64,000 nucleotides of DNA from a virus. The stretch is taken from IMG/VR virus record IMGVR_UViG_3300042453_002354, positions 1 through 64,000 of that record. The stretch is one strand, 5' to 3'. This document shows positions 56,251 through 64,000 of the stretch, piece by piece. Each line of letters begins with the position of its first letter. Position 1 is the stretch's first letter. The translations under genes were made by a program, and so were the position numbers. Below the pieces are notes generated by a model. It worked only from the letters and a program-made list of their open reading frames with translations, was not told where the DNA came from and did not search any database.

Positions 56251-56657
56251 TACTTTTTTTGCCCTATATTATATTTTGCAACCAATCTCCATTCACTCTT
56301 TTCTGAATGTGGTATGATTTTTATTTGCTTGATCGATATGCTATTATTTTGCAATACCGATTCGTTCAGTATTTCTACTAAACCCCAAGTCTGCAAAGCC
56401 AACGCTATGGCATTTCTTCTGGCTATATCTTCTTCTGAAATATTTGCTGTTTTACCATCAAGCAAAAATAGTTCTTTAAAATGGCAAATGTAATATTTAC
56501 CCCTTTTGTGTAGTATGTGACAACTTTGATATAAAGTTTTATTTTGCTTTGACGCTACACCAATTCTAGTTAAAGTCTCTCTTATTTTTAGAAAATCTTC
56601 TTTATTCTTTAGTTGGACTTCAACAAACTTCTTTACGATATCATCATTATTATTCAT
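56250..56657 (-). CDS. regA: translational repressor RegA
   Basis: DFLKIRETLTRIGVAS, LYQSCHILHKRGKYYI.HFKELF.LDG, KYNIG. Confidence 0.97.
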   Translation of the reverse strand: MNNNDDIVKKFVEVQLKNKEDFLKIRETLTRIGVASKQNKTLYQSCHILHKRGKYYICHFKELFLLDGKTANISEEDIARRNAIALALQTWGLVEILNESVLQNNSISIKQIKIIPHSEKSEWRLVAKYNIGQKK

Positions 56658-56667
56658 GGCAACTCCA

Positions 56668-57051
56668 TTATTTTATACCATTGCAAATGACCTTTATTTT
56701 ATTTATATCTTCTTCACTCAACACTTCTAAATGTATCAGAGCTTCTCTTGTACTGCAATTAAAATATAGCTTTATATGATCAACATTTTCTATTTTTATT
56801 TTCTTACCCCAAGAACACTTCCTTTTCTTTGCTCTTATGGACTCTCGAAGATAATCATACTGCATCTTTTTCGATAAATGCCAGTTACGATTCATTTCCT
56901 GAGCATATAAGATTGTATCTATATTTGAAGATAGGAATCTGTTAATAAGATAAGGATTGTAATCCTGTTCAGGATATTCACCAGTTTCAATTAAGTCTTT
57001 TTTGTTTTCTTGTATAGAGTTTAAAAAATCAAATACACAGTTATTGCTCAT
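56668..57051 (-). CDS. 62: clamp loader small subunit gp62
   Basis: FDFLNSI, YNPYLINRFLS, AQEMN, MQYDY. Confidence 0.9.
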   Translation of the reverse strand: MSNNCVFDFLNSIQENKKDLIETGEYPEQDYNPYLINRFLSSNIDTILYAQEMNRNWHLSKKMQYDYLRESIRAKKRKCSWGKKIKIENVDHIKLYFNCSTREALIHLEVLSEEDINKIKVICNGIK

Positions 57052-57052
57052 A

Positions 57053-57988
57053 TTAATTCCAAATAAGATTTACCATCAATTCAGTCAAACAGGCCAACAA
57101 GCATATTTCTGGATCTACAGAGAAGTTTGCCTTATATTGGTAGTCGGCTAAACATATAACAGACTGAGGAACTGATTGCTTTGCTATGTGTTCACCTATG
57201 CTATCATAGATTTTTCTATATAGAGCTTGCTGGTCTGCATCAGAATTGTTCACTACCCACTCCCTTACCTGTGTGAAGTTCTTATCCTTCATCGACTTAA
57301 AGAGAGAGGTCAAATTGGCATCTCTAAACTGTCTTAGTACACCTTCATTTATTTCTTTGTTATTTGAAGCAAATTTTTGCAATTCATTAATGGTCTTTCT
57401 GAAATCTGGAAAGAAGTTGAGTATAACTTGTCCGACAACTTCTGGTTTAAATGTAACCTTTTCTGAGTTGAGTATGAAAGATATTCTCCTATAAACGTCT
57501 TTAATTACCTGTTCTTTGTCGGATTTTTGTATGGAAAACTCTACAGTCGAACATCTAGAATGAATAGCATCTATAATTCTATTTTTGTAATTACAAGTGA
57601 GTATGAAAGAACAATTTATTGCAAAGTCTTCCATAAAACCTCTCATAGCAGCTTGAGCATCTGGCGTCAAATGATCTGCCTCGTCTAATATTAGAACCTT
57701 TCTAGATCCATCTAGGGATTTGGCGGAAGCATAGGTTTTCATCTTAGTTCTAAGAACATCTATACCTCTCTCATCTGAACTGTTTAATAACATATAAGAA
57801 CAGTCCAATTCATTACACATTGCTTTTGCGATTGTGGTTTTGCCCATACCTGGACCACCGCAAAGCAATAAGTTGGGAATTTGACCTTTGTTTACTATTT
57901 CTTGAAATGTAGATTTAATGTGTGATGGTAAAATACAATCAGCTACTATATTAGGTCGATATTTTTCTACCCAAAGAAAATGTTCCAT
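57053..57988 (-). CDS. 44: clamp loader large subunit gp44
   Basis: LWVEKYRP, GPGMGKTT, DEAD, SRC, FPDFR. Confidence 0.96.
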   Translation of the reverse strand: MEHFLWVEKYRPNIVADCILPSHIKSTFQEIVNKGQIPNLLLCGGPGMGKTTIAKAMCNELDCSYMLLNSSDERGIDVLRTKMKTYASAKSLDGSRKVLILDEADHLTPDAQAAMRGFMEDFAINCSFILTCNYKNRIIDAIHSRCSTVEFSIQKSDKEQVIKDVYRRISFILNSEKVTFKPEVVGQVILNFFPDFRKTINELQKFASNNKEINEGVLRQFRDANLTSLFKSMKDKNFTQVREWVVNNSDADQQALYRKIYDSIGEHIAKQSVPQSVICLADYQYKANFSVDPEICLLACLTELMVNLIWN

Positions 57989-58056
57989 AATTTCACCTTA
58001 TAATAATATAAACTAAAGAAATAGTAACAGATAAAAAGAATAAACACAAATAATCT

Positions 58057-59328
58057 TTATCTGCCTTCACCTACTTTATGTAAGTATTTTTCTTTCGCTT
58101 CTTCAAAAGACTTCATTGTAATAAGATCATCATAAAAACACAAGTCATCTCTAATTCTTTGTGTTTCTATTAAATTTTTAATTCGCTTTGCTGCATACTT
58201 TTCTTTCCACAAATTACAAAAATATTGTTCTGATGTATCAAACTTTTTTACTAGTTCTTTTTGTGTAATTTCTTTTCTCAAAAACTCATTAGTGTTTTCA
58301 TATAATGGTGAAAAATAAATACCTCTAACGTGTTCTGTAAGAATCTTTTCTTTTGGCACCTTTAATTTGCTGTACACAAAATTTAATGAACGAAATTTAG
58401 AATCTCTCTTCAACTTTTGCCCATTTTCTTTGGCAGCAAGAGAGTATTCCCAATACATTCTTGGATAATTTAATGCTAACCAATCCATTAGCTTCTTTCT
58501 AATATGCGAAGTTGGTTCCCAAGGAGTTTGGCCTTTTGTACCTCCCACATTTTTCCAATGTTTTAGATTATCATATTGCGAAAATGTTCCATAAAGACTA
58601 GTAGTAGTCATTCCCACAAGTAAATCATTATATTTTTCTAACCAGTCGTTTTGCACCTTGTCTGATAACGTCAGCAATGAAATTAGTTTATTTCCTAGAT
58701 AATTGTAACCTAGCGGTTGAGTTGCTACTATTGTTGATCCTATTCCAAGATGATTAATCATTCCATTTGAAACCTTTTCATGTTTAGACCATCCTATAAT
58801 CCGGTCTCGGGGAGTAAGATCCATAAAATCAGATGCTACGCAAAAAAAACCAAGATACTTATCTGTAATTCGATCTCTAACAAAATATCTAAGACTTCTT
58901 CCTATAACACCATTATAGGTTTGAGTAGAAATAAAATTTCTTATTGTGTTCCACTCTTGAACCAACTCACTATTATCACACAATTGGACATAAGGTTCCA
59001 AAGATAAGAAATCATTCGTGCTTTTAGGAATCCAAATATTGTTTTTTAATTTTAGTATTTCTGGCATTTGCGTTTGACAATCTAGTGTAACGCAAGTTTC
59101 TCCAAACAAGTTTTTTGTAATTTTTTTGACGGGAAACTTTCTTTTTATCTCATGCCATTTTTTGTACAGTGTATACTCTTGTACTGTCATCGTGGATAAA
59201 TAGTCCAATTCCTGTATCGTCATTTCTCGCAAAATATGATCTTCGATCTTCTCATACTTACTGAAATCTTCGGAATTGAACCATTCATTATACTGTTCGT
59301 CTAGTAAAATTTCGGTTGACATACACAA
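58057..59328 (-). CDS. DUF4338 / DruA-like domain protein
   Basis: GRSLRY.V.D....YLG, RD..IGW, QPLGYNYLG.KL, TTTSLYG..SQY. Confidence 0.75.
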   Translation of the reverse strand: MCMSTEILLDEQYNEWFNSEDFSKYEKIEDHILREMTIQELDYLSTMTVQEYTLYKKWHEIKRKFPVKKITKNLFGETCVTLDCQTQMPEILKLKNNIWIPKSTNDFLSLEPYVQLCDNSELVQEWNTIRNFISTQTYNGVIGRSLRYFVRDRITDKYLGFFCVASDFMDLTPRDRIIGWSKHEKVSNGMINHLGIGSTIVATQPLGYNYLGNKLISLLTLSDKVQNDWLEKYNDLLVGMTTTSLYGTFSQYDNLKHWKNVGGTKGQTPWEPTSHIRKKLMDWLALNYPRMYWEYSLAAKENGQKLKRDSKFRSLNFVYSKLKVPKEKILTEHVRGIYFSPLYENTNEFLRKEITQKELVKKFDTSEQYFCNLWKEKYAAKRIKNLIETQRIRDDLCFYDDLITMKSFEEAKEKYLHKVGEGR

Positions 59329-59341
59329 TATTAAAATTAAA

Positions 59342-60034
59342 TTATTTGCTTATTTCATTATCAGAATCTGGTGCAATCCAATACTGAACATTGTGTCTGT
59401 TATTTTTAAAGTTTACCACACTTTCGCCGACATTTACAGTATAATCTCCTGACAGTATTTTGAATTTGTCTACAGACAAGAATGCAGAAAAGTTACCAGC
59501 AATCTGATCATCCAAATACAAAACATGTTTATCCGACAAATCATTCTTCTTATCATACGCTTGTAGTGTTACGTGTTCCGAGTCTACGGTTATCAAAACA
59601 TCGGTAAGTTTAAGTACCGAACTCTTTTTTAGAAAGTCTTGTAAATCTTGGTCTTTCAACAGAAATTGAATATCATACTCAAGATTTTGACTCGTATTCT
59701 TTATATATTTTTCTACCTTTTCAAAGTCATTTCTCTGTGAGATGATGAGAGGATCGGCAAATCTATAATCAGTTCTACTTTTATTTGCTATAATCTTTAC
59801 GCTGTTTTCATTGAATTCAAATGTAGGATTTTCAAAGAATGAAACCAGAGAAAGAAATCTACTTAGATCATAGATACCAAAATCTACTGGAAAATTGTCT
59901 TCAACTTCAGCAAATCCAATTATACTTTTATCGTGTGATGATGTCCATATTTGATTACCGGACTTGATAAAAATTGAGTTGTTTATTGTGCTGAGATTCT
60001 TTAGCAAAGAAATTGTATGTGGGCTTATCTTCAT
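59342..60034 (-). CDS. 45: sliding clamp gp45
   Basis: MKIS..T...LKNLSTIN.SI, FGIYDL.RFL, GDY.V, YWIA; start 60034 with AGGA SD. Confidence 0.93.
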   Translation of the reverse strand: MKISPHTISLLKNLSTINNSIFIKSGNQIWTSSHDKSIIGFAEVEDNFPVDFGIYDLSRFLSLVSFFENPTFEFNENSVKIIANKSRTDYRFADPLIISQRNDFEKVEKYIKNTSQNLEYDIQFLLKDQDLQDFLKKSSVLKLTDVLITVDSEHVTLQAYDKKNDLSDKHVLYLDDQIAGNFSAFLSVDKFKILSGDYTVNVGESVVNFKNNRHNVQYWIAPDSDNEISK

Positions 60035-60044
60035 AATATATCCT

Positions 60045-60074
60045 AAAAAATGTGCGGTGAAAATACACCGCACA
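60045..60074 (-). terminator. rho-independent terminator abutting the gene 45 SD
   Basis: TGTGCGGTG-6 nt-CACCGCACA followed by TTTTTT. Confidence 0.75.
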
Positions 60075-60097
60075 GCATTATACTATACTCTTATTTT

Positions 60098-60373
60098 TTA
60101 ACCTAGAGTTTTTGTCTTGCCGTTGCTAAAAACGACAACATTAGGATTGTTTCTGAATTCTCTAGCCAGTCGATAATTATAAACAACTTCCTTGGTCTTC
60201 TTATACCTAGTCTTGTTTGTAAAAATCCTATAACCATCCTCACGCAATTCAAATATACGGGCAGACAGATTTTGTATCCCCCAACTTCTTGCCCTGCGAC
60301 GAGTAAGCGGTCTTCCTGTTTTCAAAAAATTCAAAATTGTATCAACTTGTGTCTTACGCATAATGTTCTCCAT
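60098..60373 (-). CDS. winged helix-turn-helix protein
   Basis: ILNFL..G..LT...A...GIQNLSARIFELR..GY.I. Confidence 0.8.
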   Translation of the reverse strand: MENIMRKTQVDTILNFLKTGRPLTRRRARSWGIQNLSARIFELREDGYRIFTNKTRYKKTKEVVYNYRLAREFRNNPNVVVFSNGKTKTLG

Positions 60374-60417
60374 AAAAAAACATGTTAATTGTTTAAATTA
60401 TAATATTCTCATCAAAT

Positions 60418-60612
60418 TTAGTTAGCAACGTTGCTCACCAAAAGTCGTTCTCTTTGCATTGCCGTTATTCCATGTCTTCCAAACTTACGCACAGGTATAC
60501 CGTGTACAGGTTTAGACCTAACCACAGGTCGCTCTGAAGCGACAGCAATATTATTGGTTGTAATGATTCCTGTAAATACAATACATCCAATTAAAACTCT
60601 AAAAAGTTTCAT
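60418..60612 (-). CDS. small secreted hypothetical protein
   Basis: Signal peptide ending AVA; AAGGAG SD. Confidence 0.6.
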   Translation of the reverse strand: MKLFRVLIGCIVFTGIITTNNIAVASERPVVRSKPVHGIPVRKFGRHGITAMQRERLLVSNVAN

Positions 60613-60677
60613 ATTTTTATCTCCTTAAATCACCTACTAAAAATTTATTTTTTAAAATACACATTATAGTTGTTTAG

Positions 60678-60706
60678 ATAATAATATACTCACAAAAAAT
60701 TGTCAA
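60678..60706 (-). promoter_or_regulatory. sigma70-like early promoter
   Basis: TTGACA-17 nt-TATTAT. Confidence 0.7.
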
Positions 60707-61392
60707 ATATTTTTTTTCTTTCTCCCCCTCTTCTTGGGTTCTTCAATTGTGTTTTCGGATAAAATTAATTCCATTTGAATACAAGGAACCAAGACTGGAT
60801 ATCCTACTTGATCGATCAATCCATGTTCTCTGGCTTGTTGAGAATCCAAATATATGTCGGCGTGTTTGTGATCTGCGAAAACCTTTTTAAAGTATCCAGG
60901 CGATTTATTACATTTAACGTCTAGTAAATCAAAAATTAAATTGGTTAATCTTTCACACTCTTTGAAATCTGCTCTAATTTCTTCCATCTTGCCGAATGAA
61001 AAGGAGGCTATATCGTGTAACATTATTGTACAAAATTTTGTGGCGAATCTATATCCATTAGTACCGCCCAAAGCTAATAGTAAAGCACCGCAAGACATAG
61101 CCTTTCCTAAAGCTATTGTAACTACTGGCTTTTGTGCTGAATCTATTACATCTAACATAGCCAGTAATGAGTAAGCATCACCACCGAAACTATCGATATA
61201 GATTGGTATGTAAGGAACTTGATTATTCAAATTGAAATCATCGAAAAGTTCCCTAAAAGAAGATACTGAGCCTTCGTTAAAGTCATTAATATGAATACCT
61301 TTCTGTAATTTCTCAGAAAGTCCTATTTCAACTTTATTCGTTGGCGGCGGACTAAAATTATCACTTTCTTGCATTTTTTTTATTTTTATCAT
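60703..61392 (-). CDS. clpP: ClpP-family serine protease
   Basis: YIDSFGG, GKAMSCG (Ser), IMLH (His), DIYL (Asp), A..HGLIDQV. Confidence 0.85.
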   Translation of the reverse strand: MIKIKKMQESDNFSPPPTNKVEIGLSEKLQKGIHINDFNEGSVSSFRELFDDFNLNNQVPYIPIYIDSFGGDAYSLLAMLDVIDSAQKPVVTIALGKAMSCGALLLALGGTNGYRFATKFCTIMLHDIASFSFGKMEEIRADFKECERLTNLIFDLLDVKCNKSPGYFKKVFADHKHADIYLDSQQAREHGLIDQVGYPVLVPCIQMELILSENTIEEPKKRGRKKKNI

Positions 61393-61394
61393 TT

Positions 61395-63104
61395 TTAAGG
61401 CTCCGTCTTGCTGAATCCTTTGTCTACTCTATATTTAACCGTTTTATCAAATTTGTCAACTATGGATTCTTTGTGGCTTATGACAAATATATTAGTATCA
61501 TCAAATATTTCTTCTTTAAATATGGACAAAACATTTTCAGTTGCAGCAGTATCCAAATAAGAATCAAAAACTTCATCCATAATTAGAAGATTTGTATTGA
61601 CTGAATTTTTGGCTTTGGCTATACAACGCCAAGTGAACAATAGTGCCAAATCAAGTCTTTGTCTTTCACCTTCGGAAAAATTTTCATAACTAAAAAAATC
61701 ACGTCCTTTGGATTTTATTTGTTCTTCAAAATTTTCGTCTAATTTGAAATTAACATAAAATGACATTGAGTTTAAAAACATATTTACATATTGATTAATA
61801 TATGGAACATATTGTTCTATGATTTTAGACTTCACGCCATTGTCTTTTAGTATTAAACTGGAATATTCAATTAATTGTTGCTCATAAAGATGAGATTCTT
61901 TTTGTGATAATAAAGATTTCAATTCACAATTTAAATTGTTTAGTTCATTCAATTGTTCTTGTAGTTCTGTATCCGAACGATTCATTTCGTTTATTTCTTC
62001 TTTGTATCTTTTAATATTGGTTTTATGAAACGAAACGGCTGTATTTTTTTCTCGTATTTCAAAATCAATCTTTTGTATATCGGATTGAACATCTAATATG
62101 GAAGTTTTTTCCATTATCAGCTTTTCTATCATAGCTTCGGTTTGTGATAATCCAATCTCAACCTCTTCTAAAGCTGAAGTTTTCTTATGTACCTCACATA
62201 TTTTTGTATCTTCTGCTATTGATTGCTTGCAGGTAGGACAAGTTTCATTTTGACTGTAAAACTCTATCTCTCTACTCAATCTGGACTTATTATTCATCAG
62301 TTTTGATTTAATATCATTACACTTGAATAATTGTGATTCTATTGGTTTTAGTGTTTTAATACCCATCTCTGACTTTTTAGTTTCCAATTCACTTATATAA
62401 GATGAAATGGACTCTAAAGATCTTTTTTCAGTTTCAATCATTTCATTTATTTGTTCTATCTTTTCAGTCTTCCTTTGTCTCAAAGTATTGACATACTTGG
62501 ATGCCATATCAATTTTTTGATTGGTGTGGGAGATACTACTATCAAGATCGTGTAGTTTAACTTTAAGCAAGGAAACTTTTTCTCTGAGTAAAGAATTCAT
62601 TACAGAAAATATTTGTATATCCAATAAATCTTCTATAATGTTACGACGATCTGAGGGTTTTAATTGCATAAAAGGTGTAAAGTTGGCCGCACCCAACATC
62701 ACTACCTGTAAAAAGGTTCTGTAATTGATTTTTAATATTTGATTTTCTAGTACGGATTGATAATCAACATTACTGGAATCTTGATTGAGTAAAATGCCAT
62801 TTTCTGTTATTTCAAATATATTTGGTTTAATGCCTCTAGTGATTTTATATTTCTTACCGTTAGTTTCAAACTCAACGAATACTACACAATCGCCTTCATT
62901 TACAGCATTAACCAATTTTGGCTTATTGATATTCCTAAAAGGTTTGTTGAAGAGACAAAATGTGAGTGCATCTAGTAGTGTAGATTTACCGGAGCCTGAA
63001 GGTCCGAATAAGATTGTGGTTTTATGCTGATCTAAAGCAATCTCAATTCCTGAGTTTCCCGTACTTAATAGATTTTTCCAAAATATTTTGGTAAACCTTA
63101 TCAC
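61395..63104 (-). CDS. 46: recombination nuclease ATPase subunit gp46 (Rad50/SbcC-like)
   Basis: KNLLSTGN, GSGKST, CPTC hook, FSEGE, MDEVFD, ISH. Confidence 0.97.
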   Translation of the reverse strand: MIRFTKIFWKNLLSTGNSGIEIALDQHKTTILFGPSGSGKSTLLDALTFCLFNKPFRNINKPKLVNAVNEGDCVVFVEFETNGKKYKITRGIKPNIFEITENGILLNQDSSNVDYQSVLENQILKINYRTFLQVVMLGAANFTPFMQLKPSDRRNIIEDLLDIQIFSVMNSLLREKVSLLKVKLHDLDSSISHTNQKIDMASKYVNTLRQRKTEKIEQINEMIETEKRSLESISSYISELETKKSEMGIKTLKPIESQLFKCNDIKSKLMNNKSRLSREIEFYSQNETCPTCKQSIAEDTKICEVHKKTSALEEVEIGLSQTEAMIEKLIMEKTSILDVQSDIQKIDFEIREKNTAVSFHKTNIKRYKEEINEMNRSDTELQEQLNELNNLNCELKSLLSQKESHLYEQQLIEYSSLILKDNGVKSKIIEQYVPYINQYVNMFLNSMSFYVNFKLDENFEEQIKSKGRDFFSYENFSEGERQRLDLALLFTWRCIAKAKNSVNTNLLIMDEVFDSYLDTAATENVLSIFKEEIFDDTNIFVISHKESIVDKFDKTVKYRVDKGFSKTEP

Positions 63105-64000
63105 GTTCCCTCTTGCATCTTTAAATTAATGGCTTCATGATACAACTTGCTCATGAAGTCGATTATATCACCCTCATTAGAGAGTTGCAAATTTTTTATG
63201 TAGTCCACTAAAATAGATTTTGTATCTTTGCCAACATCGACAGACACATCTTCATTTTTTTTCTGAAAAACAAGATCTACTATAGAAACGTCAGCCGGAG
63301 ATTTATTGTATAAGTTATCTAAAAACTTATCAAGGAAATAAGGATTTGTTTTATTTTTAATAATAATTTTTACATACTTGTTCGTAAAAGAATTATAGTC
63401 AATATTAGATAGATCATTCATTGACATATGTTCATCGTCATATTCAAATTTGATAAACATACTTTTTGGATTCTCGAAGAATTGCAAAGAGCGATCATTA
63501 AAATCGAAAATATGATAACCTCTAGGATCTCCAAAATCGGACCAAGTCATGCCATATGGAGAACCTACGTATGTTATATTACCTTTAGTAGATCTATGGT
63601 GATAATGGCCGGACAATACTATTCTAAACTTTTTCAAAACTTCTTCACTCAGTCCGTGTGTGCTTTGATGTCCCTTGAACATATCGAAACCCATAAGTTC
63701 AAAATGTCCAAAACAAATATCAGATCTAGCCTCATCCAATTCTTTTATAAATTGTTGTTCTTGTCCAGATGGAATCCAAGGACACAGAAAAACTTTATAT
63801 CCATCATTTTCCCAAAGGTGTGGTTTGTCGTAGACGAATATATTTGGATATGAATCCAATAATTGCATACTATTCACATCATTTGTATTCTTGTAATACA
63901 CATCGTGATTACCTACTATTACGTGTAGATTGATTTTATTTTCACACAGAATATCAAAGAAGTTTTGCCGCCAATCTGATAGAGTTTTAAAGTTGATGTA
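63101..64000 (-). CDS. 47: recombination nuclease subunit gp47 (Mre11/SbcD-like), 5' part outside the window
   Basis: GNHDVYYKNTN, CPWI, GHFEL.GF, SGHYH, YVGSPY..TWSD. Confidence 0.93.
   Translation of the reverse strand, partial: YINFKTLSDWRQNFFDILCENKINLHVIVGNHDVYYKNTNDVNSMQLLDSYPNIFVYDKPHLWENDGYKVFLCPWIPSGQEQQFIKELDEARSDICFGHFELMGFDMFKGHQSTHGLSEEVLKKFRIVLSGHYHHRSTKGNITYVGSPYGMTWSDFGDPRGYHIFDFNDRSLQFFENPKSMFIKFEYDDEHMSMNDLSNIDYNSFTNKYVKIIIKNKTNPYFLDKFLDNLYNKSPADVSIVDLVFQKKNEDVSVDVGKDTKSILVDYIKNLQLSNEGDIIDFMSKLYHEAINLKMQEGT

Noticed and set aside
58057-59328. A complete Druantia defence system
   Set aside because: Only the DUF4338-like gene is present; no DruE helicase or other partners.
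2650-63853. Numerous 60-140 aa opposite-strand ORFs in the track (e.g. 3094, 5080, 10426, 24789, 28458, 49112, 63428)
   Set aside because: Each lies antisense to a well-supported gene and has no motif or SD support.
1-64000. Stop-codon reassignment
   Set aside because: Core genes are full length in code 11 and end at TAA, TAG and TGA at the expected positions.
1-64000. tRNA or other structured RNA genes
   Set aside because: Intergenic gaps are short and I saw no T-loop/cloverleaf pattern; tRNAscan-SE or Infernal would be needed to be sure.

Overview
A 64-kb, AT-rich, densely coding segment of a large T4-like myophage. Gene content resembles cyanophage and environmental T4-like phages. The host is probably Gram-negative, because an i-spanin/o-spanin pair is present. 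Standard code 11 fits all genes, and most genes lie on the minus strand. In order: (1) an early/accessory block with an RNA ligase, metallophosphoesterase, Hsp20 and many small ORFs; (2) a baseplate/tail block (gp27-like, 53, 48 on minus; 4, 2, 54, 26, 51 and a tape-measure-like protein with an SLT domain on plus); (3) gp32-59-33, a displaced gp67-like ORF, dNMP kinase, PhoH, RNase H, ExoI-like and RuvC-like nucleases, class II RNR, ThyX, primase and spanins; (4) an ~11.5-kb array of virion fibre/adhesin genes sharing an N-terminal QIRGNKQI tag and an adaptor domain, three of them with RCC1 propellers; (5) a ligase-fold plus HIGH-nucleotidyltransferase gene pair; (6) IMPDH/GMP reductase, an MT-A70 methylase, gp41, UvsX, a split gp43A/gp43B polymerase with two inserted genes, lysozyme, dUTPase, RegA, 62, 44, DUF4338, 45, ClpP, 46 and 47 (partial). 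Best leads: a candidate programmed -1 frameshift fusing gp26 to gp51 upstream of the tape measure gene (lambda G/GT-like); a possibly capsid-packaged ligase-like plus NMNAT-like enzyme pair; and a mosaic array of adaptor-tagged RCC1 receptor-binding proteins. All family assignments come from motif recognition by eye, not database searches. No tRNA, rRNA, CRISPR, integrase or reverse transcriptase was seen.
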